From an uncultured Acidobacteriaceae bacterium (GTDB taxonomy: Bacteria; Acidobacteriota; Terriglobia; Terriglobales; Acidobacteriaceae): 64,000 nucleotides of DNA. The first letter of the stretch is position 1. Every line of letters begins with the position of its first letter. Location: contig CAXTSB010000001.1 of assembly GCA_964246845.1 (NCBI GenBank), positions 9,366 through 73,365 on the forward strand. Direction: 5' to 3'. The notes below the pieces were generated by a model. That model was not told the DNA's origin. It worked only from the letters and a program-made list of their open reading frames with translations, and made no database searches. Made by a program: the position numbers and the translations under genes. Of the stretch, positions 9,218 through 19,656 are shown piece after piece.

Positions 9218-10873
9218 ATGGCAAAGCCGGTCATTCTTGCCGTAGACGATGACATCAGCGTGCTTGAAGCTGTTGTGCAGGATTTGCGGCGGCAGTACGG
9301 GGAAAAATACCGCATCCTGCGCGCCGGCGGCGGTCAGGCCGGTTTGGACCTTTGCGGGCAGCTGAAGCAGCGGGGCGATGCGGTTGCCCTCATCGTTTCC
9401 GACCAGCGCATGCCGGGCATGACCGGCGTGGCGTTTCTTGAAAAAGTGCAGGCGGTCTTTCCGGAGGCGAAGCGCACGCTGCTGACCGCGTATGCCGATA
9501 CAGAGGCCGCGATCCAGGCGATCAACACGGCCCGCATCCACTACTACCTGACCAAGCCTTGGGATCCTCCGGAGCAGCGGCTATATCCGGTTCTGAACGA
9601 CTTGCTGGAAGCGTGGGGCGGCGCGGCCAAGCCCAGTTACGACGGCATTCAGGTCGTCGGAACCCGATGGTCTTCCGAAGATCATCGGGTGCGGGAGTTT
9701 CTCAGCCGCAACCAGGTACCGTTTAAGTGGATCAACCCGCAAACCGCGGCCGAAGACGCGGCGCGGTTACTAGCCTCTTATAAGGTGGATGAAAGTAAGT
9801 TACCCGCTGTCTTATTCGCCGACGGTTCCGCCTTGGCGCAGCCCTCGCTCAACGAACTGGCCGCACGGGTGGGCCTGCGGACGGAAGCACGGAACGAGTT
9901 TTATGACCTGATCGTGGTCGGCGGCGGTCCGGCGGGGCTGGCGGCCGCGGTATACGGCTCCTCCGAAGGCCTCCGCACCTTGGTGCTGGAACCGCAGGCT
10001 CCCGGCGGCCAGGCCGGTTCAAGCTCGCGGATCGAAAACTATCTGGGCTTCCCGGCCGGGTTGAGCGGCGAAGACCTGGCCCGGCGCGCGCTTACGCAGG
10101 CCACGCGCTTCGGGGCGGAGTTTGTGACCCAGTGCGCCACCGGAGTCCACAGCAAGGACGGCTACCATCGGGTGGCGCTCGGCGACGGGCGCGAGGTGAG
10201 CTGCCGCGTGCTGCTGCTTTCAGTCGGGGTGCACTGGCGGCGGCTCGACATCCCGGGCGCGGACCGGCTCTTGAACGCGGGCGTGTACTACGGGGCGACG
10301 CTGAGCGAAGCGCAAACCTGCCTGGACGAGGAAATCTTCATCGTCGGGGGCGCCAACTCAGCCGGGCAGGCGGCCATGCACTTCAGCCAGTACGCCCGCA
10401 AGGTCACCATGCTGGTCCGTGCGCGGTCGCTCGCCCAAGGCATGTCGAAATACTTAGTCGATCAGATTGCCGGCACATCCAAAATAGAAGTGAAGACCGG
10501 CGCTCAAGTTTCCGAGGTTTCGGGCGATACACACCTTGAGTGCATGGAGGTGGAGCAAAACGGTGAGCGGTACCGCTGCCCGGCTTCTTCCTTGTTTATC
10601 TTCATCGGGGCCGCGCCGAAAACCGACTGGCTGCCGGAAGCAGTGCTCCGGGACGAGCGCGGATTTGTGCTCGCCGGCCCGGACCTGAAGCGGGGCGGCA
10701 AGCTGCCTTCGTCCTGGGGTGAGGACCGCGAACCGTACCTGCTCGAGTCCAGCATCCCTGGCATTTTCGTGGCGGGCGATGTACGGCACGGTTCGGTCAA
10801 GCGCGTCGCTTCGTCCGTGGGCGAGGGTTCCATCGCCGTGCAGTTCATGCACCAGTACCTGGCGCAGTTTTAA
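9218..10873 (+). CDS. Fused response-regulator receiver / glutaredoxin-like / thioredoxin-reductase-like flavoprotein
   Basis: Receiver motifs ILAVDDD, IVSDQRMPGMTG and LTKPW. FAD motif LIVVGGGPAGLAAA. Second Rossmann motif IVGGANSAGQAA. C-terminal FVAGDV. Confidence 0.9.
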   Translation: MAKPVILAVDDDISVLEAVVQDLRRQYGEKYRILRAGGGQAGLDLCGQLKQRGDAVALIVSDQRMPGMTGVAFLEKVQAVFPEAKRTLLTAYADTEAAIQAINTARIHYYLTKPWDPPEQRLYPVLNDLLEAWGGAAKPSYDGIQVVGTRWSSEDHRVREFLSRNQVPFKWINPQTAAEDAARLLASYKVDESKLPAVLFADGSALAQPSLNELAARVGLRTEARNEFYDLIVVGGGPAGLAAAVYGSSEGLRTLVLEPQAPGGQAGSSSRIENYLGFPAGLSGEDLARRALTQATRFGAEFVTQCATGVHSKDGYHRVALGDGREVSCRVLLLSVGVHWRRLDIPGADRLLNAGVYYGATLSEAQTCLDEEIFIVGGANSAGQAAMHFSQYARKVTMLVRARSLAQGMSKYLVDQIAGTSKIEVKTGAQVSEVSGDTHLECMEVEQNGERYRCPASSLFIFIGAAPKTDWLPEAVLRDERGFVLAGPDLKRGGKLPSSWGEDREPYLLESSIPGIFVAGDVRHGSVKRVASSVGEGSIAVQFMHQYLAQF

Positions 10874-10881
10874 AGGAGCGG

Positions 10882-12357
10882 ATGCAGGCAGCGGTCCAAA
10901 TCGAAGCGGTGCAGCTCAATGAGCAGACCCTCGCGGAACTGCGCAGGCTGCCCACGTTCGCATCCTTGGAAAGCGGGGACATGGCCCTGCTCGCCGATGC
11001 GCGCTGGGAGCGGCTTGGACAAGGCGAACAGCTTCTGCAGCCTGTTATCGGCGATTTCGCGTTTTGGGCGCTCGTTGAAGGAGAAATCTCGATCGACAAG
11101 CTGCACGATGGGCGCTCGGAGCACCTGATGCGCTACGCGCCGGGCGAAACCTTCGGCGAGGTGCCGCTGCTTTCCGGCTGGCGGGTAAGCTCCGCCCGCT
11201 GCATGGCGATCACCTCCTGCCGGCTGCTGCGCATTCCGCAGGACAGCTTTTGGCGCATCCTTGCGGATTTGCCCGCCGTCCGCGAAAAAATCTTAGCGGA
11301 CCACAGCCGCCGGGCCGAAGCCTACCAAGCGGTCGCGCTGCACCGGGAAAAGCTCATCTCGCTCGGCACCCTGGCCGCAGGGCTCATGCACGAGCTCAAC
11401 AATCCGGGTTCGGCGGCGCGCCGGGCCGCGGCGCACCTGCGGGAGAACGTCGAAAATCTTCAGCAGATTTCCCTTCGCATGTGCCGGGCAGGGTTGAGTC
11501 CGGGCCAGCTGGAGTGCCTAGCCGCTTTGCAGGAGCAGACACTCCACCCGGCGGAGCCGGAGGCGCTCACCGCACTCGAACAGGCGGACAGGGAAGAACA
11601 GCTGGAAGAGTGGCTCCAGGCCTTGGGCATCGCCAACGCCGCCCGCATCGCGCCGACCATGGCGCAGGCCGGCTGGGGCGAGGGCGACCTGAGCTGCGCC
11701 CACAAGTCGTTTCCGCCCGATACACTTTCGGACGCGCTGAACTACCTCCATGCGCTGATGAGCAGCCTGGAGCATGTCCATACGATTGAGCAAAGCATCG
11801 GGCGCGTGACGGACTTGGTGAGCGCGGTCAAGAAATACGCCTACGACGACAAAAACCGCCAAGGTCTGGTGGACGTACGCGAAACGCTCCAAAGCACGCT
11901 GACCATCCTGGGGCATAAGTTCCGGCACAAGGGCATCCATGTCGAAATAGAGGTCGCCCCCGGCCTGTTGCCGTCCGAAACGAAGGTCGTATGCGCGGGC
12001 TCGGGCTTGGCGCAAGTCTGGACCAACCTGCTCGACAACGCCATCGACGCGGCGCCCGAAAACGGCGAGGTCGGCATCCACCTATGGGCGGAAGGCGCGC
12101 ATGTATGCGTGGCCATCCGCGACAACGGCCCGGGGATCGCGCCGGAGCACCAAGGGCATATCTTCAAGCCGTTTTTCACCACCAAGGAGCCGGGCGTGGG
12201 CACGGGCCTGGGACTCGACATCGCCCATCGCATCGTGGCGGGCAACTTCGGGGGCGACATCCGGTTTTCAACCGAACCGGGGCGGACCGAGTTCCTGGTC
12301 CGCCTGCTCAAGAACAACCCCGGCTGCGGCGAAGCTTTCCGTCAAATAGGCGGCTGA
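10882..12357 (+). CDS. Cyclic-nucleotide-binding-domain sensor histidine kinase
   Basis: cNMP-like GETFGEVPLLSG...ARCMAITSCRLLRI. H-box GLMHELNNPGS, N-box NLLDNAIDA, G1 DNGPGI and G2 GTGLGLDI. Confidence 0.9.
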   Translation: MQAAVQIEAVQLNEQTLAELRRLPTFASLESGDMALLADARWERLGQGEQLLQPVIGDFAFWALVEGEISIDKLHDGRSEHLMRYAPGETFGEVPLLSGWRVSSARCMAITSCRLLRIPQDSFWRILADLPAVREKILADHSRRAEAYQAVALHREKLISLGTLAAGLMHELNNPGSAARRAAAHLRENVENLQQISLRMCRAGLSPGQLECLAALQEQTLHPAEPEALTALEQADREEQLEEWLQALGIANAARIAPTMAQAGWGEGDLSCAHKSFPPDTLSDALNYLHALMSSLEHVHTIEQSIGRVTDLVSAVKKYAYDDKNRQGLVDVRETLQSTLTILGHKFRHKGIHVEIEVAPGLLPSETKVVCAGSGLAQVWTNLLDNAIDAAPENGEVGIHLWAEGAHVCVAIRDNGPGIAPEHQGHIFKPFFTTKEPGVGTGLGLDIAHRIVAGNFGGDIRFSTEPGRTEFLVRLLKNNPGCGEAFRQIGG

Positions 12358-13373
12358 AAGGCGCACCCGCAGGAGTGGCGCACCAGCAGCTCCACGGGCA
12401 GGACGGTTTGCGAAGTTTGGTGGAGAGCGACCTGCTTTTTCAGCTTGGCAAATAGGACCCGGCCCGCTGTCTTGCCCAGTTCTTCCGCCGGCTGGCGCAC
12501 CACGGTCAGGGCGGGGTGCAGCAGGTCGCCCAACTCCAAGTCATCGAAGCCGACCAGGGCAATCTCGTCCGGCACCCGGCAGCGGAGGCGCAAAAGCGCG
12601 GACAAAATGCGCCGGGTCGCGAGATTGTTCGCGGCGAACAAGGCCTGCGGACGGTCAGGCCCGGCAAGCGCCTTGCGCAGCACCTGTTCCGTTTCCGCCT
12701 CGGAGCCGCAGCTGAAGTCGCTCCGGGGCGTGAGCCCAGCTGCTTCCATGGCGCGCGCGAAGCCGAGGTGGCGCTGCTCCATGGTGTACAGGTCGGAGCG
12801 GTGCCCGAGAAACAGGATGCGCCGGACGCCGTGTACCTGGAGGAGGTGCTCGGTGGCAAGCCGCGCCCCGGCTTCGTTTTCGGTCACCACGGAGTCGGAG
12901 TCGGCCTCGGCTCCGGGTGAAAGCGGCCGGTCGAGCAGCACCACCGGGATTTCGCGGAACTCCGGCTCATCCAGGCGGCAGCGGGCCGAGCCGGCCGGGA
13001 TGACCACCAGCCCTTCCACGTGCCGCTGGAGCATGCGCTGGGCTTCGCGGTACTCGTGGCCGGAGTCGTCGTTGGTCAGGGTCAGCAGGACGGTGTAGTC
13101 GTGGGCGTTCGCCACCATGTTGAGGGCGTGCGCGCAGGTGGCGTAAAAAGGGTCGTGCAGGTTGGGCAGCAGGAGGCCGATGGTGCGCGACTTGAGGCTG
13201 CGCAAGGCCCGGGCCATCTCGTTGGGGCGGTAGCCCAGCTTGGCCACCGCCTGCCGCACCCGCTCGGCGGTTTCTTCTGTAACGTGATTCGACCCGTTCA
13301 GCACGCGCGACACGGTCATGGTGCCGACCCCGGCGGTCTCGGCGACGTCGTTCATGGTCGGCTTGCGGGTCAT
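12342..13373 (-). CDS. LacI family transcriptional regulator
   Basis: HTH MNDVAETAGVGTMTVSRVLNG plus a periplasmic-binding-protein-like core. Start at MTRKPT (13373) or MNDV (13355). Confidence 0.9.
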   Translation of the reverse strand: MTRKPTMNDVAETAGVGTMTVSRVLNGSNHVTEETAERVRQAVAKLGYRPNEMARALRSLKSRTIGLLLPNLHDPFYATCAHALNMVANAHDYTVLLTLTNDDSGHEYREAQRMLQRHVEGLVVIPAGSARCRLDEPEFREIPVVLLDRPLSPGAEADSDSVVTENEAGARLATEHLLQVHGVRRILFLGHRSDLYTMEQRHLGFARAMEAAGLTPRSDFSCGSEAETEQVLRKALAGPDRPQALFAANNLATRRILSALLRLRCRVPDEIALVGFDDLELGDLLHPALTVVRQPAEELGKTAGRVLFAKLKKQVALHQTSQTVLPVELLVRHSCGCAFQPPI

Positions 13374-13434
13374 GGGGCGGGCTGCGCGGCAGCGAAACCA
13401 GCATACAGGACCGTATGCGGCGCGTGCTTTCGGT

Positions 13435-14430
13435 TCACGGCGCGTAGTGCGGGACCATGGCCGCGCCCAGCAGGCCGGAGTCGGTGCCGAGCACCGCGGG
13501 CAGCACATTGGTTTTGCCCGGGGTGTAGCTGTACTTGTCTTCCGGCATGGTCAGCCGGTACACGTAGCTGGCCCGCTCGAGTTCGCGGAAAAGCGAGGGC
13601 GCAAACAGCTGCCATGCCGCCGATGCCCCTCCGCCGATCACGTAAAGCGGCACGTTCAACGTATTGACCAAGCCGGCGAGCGACAGCCCGAGCGCGCGCC
13701 CGACCGTGTCGTACACAATCAGCGCGCCTTCATCGCCTTCCGCAGCAAACCGGGCCACGTCGCGCGCAGTGACGGGCGAGCCCGCGTCGACCAAGGCGCG
13801 GGTGCGCGGCGAGCGCCCCTCATACGCGGTTTCGCGCGCCATGCGGGCGATGCCGGTGGCCGAGGCGAACAGCTCCAGGCAGCCCCGGTTGCCGCACACG
13901 CAGGGGATGCCGTCGGGCCACACGGAAACATGCCCGGCTTCGCCCGCCATGCCGCGGAAGCCGTGCCAGATCTTGCCGCCGAAGATCAAGCCGTTGCCTA
14001 CCCCGGTGCCGAGCGTGAGCATGCACAGGGAGTCCTCGCCGTGCTGCTCGCCCGCGCCGGCGTGCGCTTCCGCGAGTGCCGCGGCGTTGGCATCGTTTTC
14101 AATGACGACCGGGAGGCCGAGCCGGCGTTCCAGCTCGGTTTTGAGCTCGGTCGAAAAGAAACCCGGAAAGTTCGGCAGCTCCAGCAGGCGGCCTTCCGGC
14201 AGCTCAATCGGGCCCGGTGAGCCGATGCCGACCCCTTCCAGCGCTTCCCGTCCGCCGCACGCGTCGATCACGCGGCAGATGGCATCCGCCATGTCGCCGA
14301 GCACCGCTGCCGGGCCGTCTCCGACGCGGGTCGGGATCGCGATCGAGTGCAGCCGTTCCCATTCGAGTGAATAGCCCGCGATGCGGAGGTTGGTGCCGCC
14401 CATATCTACGCCGACCGTGAACTTCGCCAT
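13435..14430 (-). CDS. ROK family sugar kinase (glucokinase-like)
   Basis: VGVDMGGTNLR ATP motif and ROK zinc motif CVCGNRGCLE. Confidence 0.9.
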   Translation of the reverse strand: MAKFTVGVDMGGTNLRIAGYSLEWERLHSIAIPTRVGDGPAAVLGDMADAICRVIDACGGREALEGVGIGSPGPIELPEGRLLELPNFPGFFSTELKTELERRLGLPVVIENDANAAALAEAHAGAGEQHGEDSLCMLTLGTGVGNGLIFGGKIWHGFRGMAGEAGHVSVWPDGIPCVCGNRGCLELFASATGIARMARETAYEGRSPRTRALVDAGSPVTARDVARFAAEGDEGALIVYDTVGRALGLSLAGLVNTLNVPLYVIGGGASAAWQLFAPSLFRELERASYVYRLTMPEDKYSYTPGKTNVLPAVLGTDSGLLGAAMVPHYAP

Positions 14431-14545
14431 TCGCTCCAGGTGATCCTTCGCAGGGGTGTGAACGCTACCTTCGCAAGCGTACTATGCGCGGCGCGGTTTC
14501 AGCTTCGAAGCGCGCCGGCAGCCTGCTCGCGCGGGTTCGCCGGAC

Positions 14546-15526
14546 TTAGTACGCACCTTCGATGATGTTCTCCGGCTGCTCGCCGTCGAGCAGATGCCGC
14601 GCCTGCCTGCCAATGAAGCGGAACACGCGGTCGAGCACGTGAGGGACCGAGCCGGCGATGTGCGGCGTGAGCAGCAGGTTCGGCGCTTTCCAAAGAGGAT
14701 GCCCTTCGGGCAGCGGCTCCGGGTCGGTGACGTCGAGCGCGGCCCGGATCTTGCGCTCTCGAAGGGCTGCCAGGAGAGCGTCGGTGTCGACCACGCCGCC
14801 GCGCGCCGCGTTCACCAGCAGCGCACCCTTTTGCATGCGCGCGATCTGCGCGGCACCGATCAGATGACGCGTTTCTTCCGTCATCGGCACGATCAAGACA
14901 ACAACGTCGGCTTGGGATAGCAGCGCATCGAGCTCCGCGATCGCCTGCACGCCCTCGCGCGCGGTGCGCGCGACCCGAAGGATGCGCGCGGGCTCAAATG
15001 GCAGCAGCCGCGCCTCAATGGCCTTGCCGATCGCGCCGTAGCCGACAATCAGCACCGTTTTGCCCGCGAGCTCCTCAACCAGAACCGGCGCGAGGCCATT
15101 TAAGGGTTCGCCATGGATCTCGGCCCAGCGGGCTTCGCCCTCCGCCGGAGTACACCAGCGGCCCTTTTGCTGGAGACCCTCATACAAGGGGAGCCATTTC
15201 AGGCTCGCCAGGATAGCGGCGACCGCCCACTCAGCAGTCGAGCTGTCGTGTACGCCGCGGGCGTTCAAGAGAATGGTGCCGGGCGGCAGGTGCTTGCGCG
15301 CGGCTTCAACCCCGGCGGAGAGCGTTTGGAGGTAGCGCGCTTCGAACGGGGGCAGCACGACCGGAATGGTCGGGTTGAAGTTCGGCATCACCATGATGTC
15401 CACCGGGTCCAGCCGGGCTTCCGTCCCGTCATAGTGGACGATCTCGACCCCCTGCGGCATGTGGCGAAGCAGGGCGTCGTCGATGCGGGAAGAAACGGCA
15501 ATGCGGATCGGCTTGCTGGCGGGCAT
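14546..15526 (-). CDS. D-isomer-specific 2-hydroxyacid dehydrogenase family protein
   Basis: NAD motif GKTVLIVGYGAIGKA, followed by NAARGGVVD and TPHIAG. Confidence 0.85.
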   Translation of the reverse strand: MPASKPIRIAVSSRIDDALLRHMPQGVEIVHYDGTEARLDPVDIMVMPNFNPTIPVVLPPFEARYLQTLSAGVEAARKHLPPGTILLNARGVHDSSTAEWAVAAILASLKWLPLYEGLQQKGRWCTPAEGEARWAEIHGEPLNGLAPVLVEELAGKTVLIVGYGAIGKAIEARLLPFEPARILRVARTAREGVQAIAELDALLSQADVVVLIVPMTEETRHLIGAAQIARMQKGALLVNAARGGVVDTDALLAALRERKIRAALDVTDPEPLPEGHPLWKAPNLLLTPHIAGSVPHVLDRVFRFIGRQARHLLDGEQPENIIEGAY

Positions 15527-15583
15527 GGGCGGGCAAAGTTCTCCTTGTGCGGTGGATGAGCGAAAGCTGAACGCTTCGCCGAG

Positions 15584-16420
15584 TCAGTTGCTGTGGAAGA
15601 GGCGCTGGTTGACGTCGGGCCAGAACTCCTGAAACATAAAGGTCGCGCCGTCGATGACCACGTTTTGCAGCCAGCGCTGGCCTGTGTTGGTCCAGTTCTG
15701 CTCGGAGCTGGGATAGTACCAGGTGGAGATGCCGGAAGCCGCGCCCGCGCCGACGATCTCGGAAGCGTTGAAGGCTTCGCCGCCGGAGTCCGTGCGGGTG
15801 ATCAAGGTGCGGTCGAAAGCATAGATCGCGCGGTGCACGACGCTGCCGTGGCCGAGCGTGTAATAGCGCGAGTCCTGGTGGAGCACGGCGGGCAGGATGA
15901 ACTGCACCCAGATGTTCTCGTCCGTTTGGTCGCCGTACGTGTGATAGAGATACTGGCCGTAGCCGGAGATGCCTGTACCGAAACGGGGCTCGGATCCATC
16001 TGCTTGGGTGACCCCGGCGAGGATCGCCGAAAACACGATGGACGAGTAATCAAAGCTTTGCTGCGCGGTGGTCTTGAACTTTTCGCCGACCGACTGAGGC
16101 GGCAACTTGGTGTCGGCTGAAACCGCGCGGAAGTTGGGAACGATGCCCAGGATGCGCTTGGTCTGCTTGGGGCCGCCGTTTGCGGCGTCCACGGGACCTT
16201 GGCCGGTGTTGGCGGTCGGCGTGGCATTTTTCTGGAGCGTATGGGTGCTTTGAGCGCCTGTTTGCGGGTCCAGCGCCGCCAGTACAGCAGACGGGGCGTC
16301 CGGCACGGTCGCGGGCGCATCCTGCGCATGGGACGGGAAAGCGCAAAAGGTGCAAAGCGCGCCGAGCAAGGCAGGGAGCGGCAGGGAAGCTGTTCGCGCG
16401 GTTTGAGGGGTTGGCGGCAT
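15584..16420 (-). CDS. Hypothetical secreted protein
   Basis: Signal-like LPLPALLGALCTFCAFPSHAQ. No recognised domain. Confidence 0.6.
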   Translation of the reverse strand: MPPTPQTARTASLPLPALLGALCTFCAFPSHAQDAPATVPDAPSAVLAALDPQTGAQSTHTLQKNATPTANTGQGPVDAANGGPKQTKRILGIVPNFRAVSADTKLPPQSVGEKFKTTAQQSFDYSSIVFSAILAGVTQADGSEPRFGTGISGYGQYLYHTYGDQTDENIWVQFILPAVLHQDSRYYTLGHGSVVHRAIYAFDRTLITRTDSGGEAFNASEIVGAGAASGISTWYYPSSEQNWTNTGQRWLQNVVIDGATFMFQEFWPDVNQRLFHSN

Positions 16421-16673
16421 GATGCTCCTTAAGATTCAGGAATGTTCCTGGCGGTGCGGGCAATCTGGAGGCGGAACGGCTTGCGCGCCCGGAGCGCGTA
16501 GGGAATGGACGTATTCGGCGGCGGTGTGTTCCGTGCGCGCCTGCTGTCGTCCGCGTCGGAGTACGAGCACGGGAGGCGTAAGACGGGAGGCAGCCGTTCC
16601 ATGGAAGGCGGCCTGCACCTCACAAACATGCCCGACCCACGGGTTCCGTGCTTTTGCTTTAGGCTGGGTACCG

Positions 16674-16850
16674 ATGCGCTTGTGGCTGATCTGGTTCGTG
16701 CTCGCCGTGCTTTGGGCCTTGCAGGCCGGGGCGGCGCTCGTGGTGCACCGGAACCGCTGGGCGGTGATCATGTTTGCCATGGCGGCTTTCTTTGCCTTGA
16801 TCGGCTCCGTCGTGCGGCGGCGGTTGGGTGGGCAGGTCAAGTCGCGATAA
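16674..16850 (+). CDS. Possible small two-helix membrane protein (58 aa)
   Basis: ATG at 16674; MRLWLIWFVLAVLWALQAGAALVV...VIMFAMAAFFALIGSVV. Its 3' end overlaps convergent hisA by 14 nt. No homology support. Confidence 0.35.
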   Translation: MRLWLIWFVLAVLWALQAGAALVVHRNRWAVIMFAMAAFFALIGSVVRRRLGGQVKSR

Positions 16851-17544
16851 GCCCGGTGTACACCGCCATGCCGGCGACCGCATCGATGCCGAGCGCGTCC
16901 AGCCGGTCGATCTCCGCTTGTTCGCGGATGCCGCCGGCGACGATGAGCTGCTTGTGCGTGAGGAGGCGCAAGCGCCGGGCCACGGGAAGCGGAAAGCCTT
17001 GCAGGGTGCCTTCGGTATCGACGTGGGTGTAAAGGAAGCCGCCGCAAAATGGTTCGAGCGCCTGGAGGGCCGCGTCCGGAGTGAGGGCGGTCTGCTCGCG
17101 CCAGCCGCGGACGGCGACGCGGCCGTCCTTGGTGTCGATGCTTGCGAGAAAGTGCTCCGGGCCGATCCGCTCGGCGATGAGCTGCGCCAGCCGGAGGTCC
17201 ACGCCGGCGTCCCCGAATAATGCCGAGCCGAAGATCACCCGGCGTGCGCCCAGCGCAAGCAGCGCTTCGGCGTCCTCGGCGGTGCGGACCCCGCCGCCGA
17301 CCTGCACCGGCAGCTCGCGGGCGATCCGCTCGATCAAGCGCCGGTTGTCGCCTTCGCGCTTGGCCGCGTCCAGGTCGATGAGCTGCACGAGCGGGTAGCC
17401 GCGGAAGCGGTCGATCCAATAAGCAAAGTCGTCGGAAGCGATGCGGAGCTGCTCGCCTTGCACAAGCTGCACGATGCGCCCGCCCATCAGATCGATCGCC
17501 GGAATCAGCAAGGCAGCCTCACCGGCACCTGATCCTGAATGCAT
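16837..17544 (-). CDS. hisA: ProFAR isomerase HisA
   Basis: [20 protein letters not shown] and an overall (beta/alpha)8 HisA-like sequence. An alternative TTG start at 17511 would give the canonical MLIPAIDL N-terminus. Confidence 0.9.
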   Translation of the reverse strand: MHSGSGAGEAALLIPAIDLMGGRIVQLVQGEQLRIASDDFAYWIDRFRGYPLVQLIDLDAAKREGDNRRLIERIARELPVQVGGGVRTAEDAEALLALGARRVIFGSALFGDAGVDLRLAQLIAERIGPEHFLASIDTKDGRVAVRGWREQTALTPDAALQALEPFCGGFLYTHVDTEGTLQGFPLPVARRLRLLTHKQLIVAGGIREQAEIDRLDALGIDAVAGMAVYTGLIAT

Positions 17545-18272
17545 TGCTTTAGGGTTCGGGCATCGGCCACGCCGAAGTGAAAGATGCTCGCGGCGAGCGC
17601 GGCGTCGGCCTTTCCGCGCGTCAGCACGTCCGCGAAGTGCTCCGCCGTTCCCGCGCCGCCTGAAGCGATCACCGGAATCTGCACCGCATCGGAAACAGCC
17701 GCGGTCAGCTCTAGATCGAACCCCGCGCGGGTGCCGTCAGAGTCCATGCTGGTGAGCAGGATCTCGCCCGCGCCGCGTGCTTCCGCCTCGCGGGCCCACG
17801 CGACCGCGCGTTTACCGGTCGGCTTGCGGCCCCCGCTGACATACACCTCGGCGTCCTCCGGGTTGCCGGATCCCCGGCGCGCGTCGATCGCGACGACAAC
17901 CGCCTGCGCGCCGAAGCGCTGCCCGATGCGGTTGATCAGGTCGGGGTCGGCGAGCGCGGCGGAGTTGACGGAAACCTTGTCCGCGCACGCGTCGAATACC
18001 GCCGTCGCATCGTCGGAGGAGCGGACGCCGCCGCCCACCGTGAACGGGATGAACAGCTGTTTGGCGGTCTTCTCGACCGTCGCCAGCAGCGTGCCGCGCC
18101 CCTCGTGCGTAGCCGTGATGTCGAGCAGCACGATCTCGTCCGCGCCCGCGTCGGCGTGTTTGCGGGCGAGCGCGGCGGGGTCGCCCGCGTCGATGATGCC
18201 CTCAAATTGCACGCCCTTGACCACGCGGCCGTCCCGCACGTCGAGGCAGGCGATGATGCGCTTGCTCAGCAT
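17505..18272 (-). CDS. hisF: Imidazole glycerol phosphate synthase cyclase subunit HisF
   Basis: [23 protein letters not shown] plus the conserved HisF core. Confidence 0.95.
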   Translation of the reverse strand: MLSKRIIACLDVRDGRVVKGVQFEGIIDAGDPAALARKHADAGADEIVLLDITATHEGRGTLLATVEKTAKQLFIPFTVGGGVRSSDDATAVFDACADKVSVNSAALADPDLINRIGQRFGAQAVVVAIDARRGSGNPEDAEVYVSGGRKPTGKRAVAWAREAEARGAGEILLTSMDSDGTRAGFDLELTAAVSDAVQIPVIASGGAGTAEHFADVLTRGKADAALAASIFHFGVADARTLKQCIQDQVPVRLPC

Positions 18273-18910
18273 GGCAGCCCGAGGAAGTTCGCGAGCACTT
18301 TCAGGCCGGTTTCCCCTGATTTTTCAGGGTGAAACTGCACGCCCATCACGTTTTCGTGCTCGACAGCGGCGGCGAACTTGTTTATGTATGTCGTCAGCGC
18401 GGCGGTCGGATTCACCAGGCTGTCCCGCGTCCGGAAGAACGTCCCGAGCGCCGGAACAAAGTAGGAGTGCGTGAAATACACGGCGGCATCGTCCTCAACG
18501 CCCGCGAACAGCTTTGTATCCCGCGGGGCATGGCGGGGCGAGAGCGTGTTCCAACCCACGTGCGGCACCTTCTCCTCCCCGCTTGGGAACCGCCCGCAAC
18601 GGCCTAGGAAATATCCGAGCCCGGGCTGCTCCGGCGCTTCCTCGCTGCCTTCAAGCAGCCATTGCATGCCCACGCAGATGCCCAGAAAGGGAACGCCGCG
18701 CCCGATCGCCTCGCGGATCGCAGGCGTCAACCCCGCGTCGTCAAGGTAGCGCGTCGCCGCGAAATGGCCCACGCCCGGCAGGATCACTTTTTCGGCGCGC
18801 CGGACCACTTGGGGATCTTCGGTGACCTGGAACTCCGCGCCGCTGACGGCCCGGAGGCTCTTGAGCACGCTCGTGAGATTGCCTGCCTTGTAGTCGACGA
18901 CCGCGATCAA
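18266..18910 (-). CDS. hisH: Imidazole glycerol phosphate synthase glutamine amidotransferase subunit HisH
   Basis: [21 protein letters not shown] (catalytic Cys) and FHPEKS. The TTG start at 18910 forms a TTGA overlap with the hisB stop; the track ORF extends to an ATG at 18964. Confidence 0.88.
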   Translation of the reverse strand: MIAVVDYKAGNLTSVLKSLRAVSGAEFQVTEDPQVVRRAEKVILPGVGHFAATRYLDDAGLTPAIREAIGRGVPFLGICVGMQWLLEGSEEAPEQPGLGYFLGRCGRFPSGEEKVPHVGWNTLSPRHAPRDTKLFAGVEDDAAVYFTHSYFVPALGTFFRTRDSLVNPTAALTTYINKFAAAVEHENVMGVQFHPEKSGETGLKVLANFLGLPC

Positions 18911-19599
18911 AGCAGGCCTTTGGTCGAAGGCAGCATCTCGCCGAGCTGCGGGTCGCGCGAGCACGCCCCGCGCAGCGCCCGGGCAAACGCCTTGAAAAGC
19001 GCTTCAAGTTTGTGGTGGTTCGACCGGCCGTACATGATTTTCAGGTGGACATTGGCGCGCGCTCCCCGGGCGAAGCCGTCGAAGAAATCTTCCACCAGCT
19101 CGGCCTGAAGATCGCCCACCAAGCGTGTGTGTACCTTGGTTTTGACCTTGCACGCCGTACGCCCGGACAGGTCGACCGCCGCCACCGCCAAGGTTTCATC
19201 CATGGGCATCACGAAGTAGCCCGCGCGATGGATGCCCTTTTTGTCGCCCACGGCACGCTCGAACGCCTCACCGAGCGCGATGCCGACGTCCTCCAGCGTG
19301 TGGTGCTGGTCCACATCGAGGTCGCCCTTGCAGGTGAGCTGCAGGTCAAACGCGCCGTGGCGGGTGAACAGTTCCAGCATGTGATCGAAGAACCGGATGC
19401 CGGTCGTTACCTTATATTCGCCCCGGCCTTCAAGCGTCAGTTGAAGGTTGATCTGCGTTTCCGTCGTGTTTCGGTCCAGAGCCGCTGTCCGCTTCGGGCC
19501 CGCTTCCGCGGGCTTGGGCGCGGGATGGGCCGCAACTGCTTTCTTGGGGGCGGCCCGCTTCGCGGGTGCTTTCACAGGGTGGGCGGGAGCTTCCGGCAT
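18907..19599 (-). CDS. hisB: Imidazoleglycerol-phosphate dehydratase HisB (monofunctional) with Ala/Pro/Lys-rich N-terminal extension
   Basis: [12 protein letters not shown]...[16 protein letters not shown] plus the conserved IGPD core. About 40 aa of AKP-rich sequence precedes it. Confidence 0.9.
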   Translation of the reverse strand: MPEAPAHPVKAPAKRAAPKKAVAAHPAPKPAEAGPKRTAALDRNTTETQINLQLTLEGRGEYKVTTGIRFFDHMLELFTRHGAFDLQLTCKGDLDVDQHHTLEDVGIALGEAFERAVGDKKGIHRAGYFVMPMDETLAVAAVDLSGRTACKVKTKVHTRLVGDLQAELVEDFFDGFARGARANVHLKIMYGRSNHHKLEALFKAFARALRGACSRDPQLGEMLPSTKGLL

Positions 19600-19656
19600 C
19601 GTCCTTATCCTACCGCTTTTGAAGCGGTATGCAGGCTTGCGCGATTAGAGGAAAGT

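Noticed and set aside
16436-17419. 327-aa minus-strand ORF and other Arg/Pro-rich ORFs around hisA
   Set aside because: They overlap hisA in a different frame, their composition is typical of out-of-frame translation of high-GC coding DNA, and HisA motifs identify the true frame.
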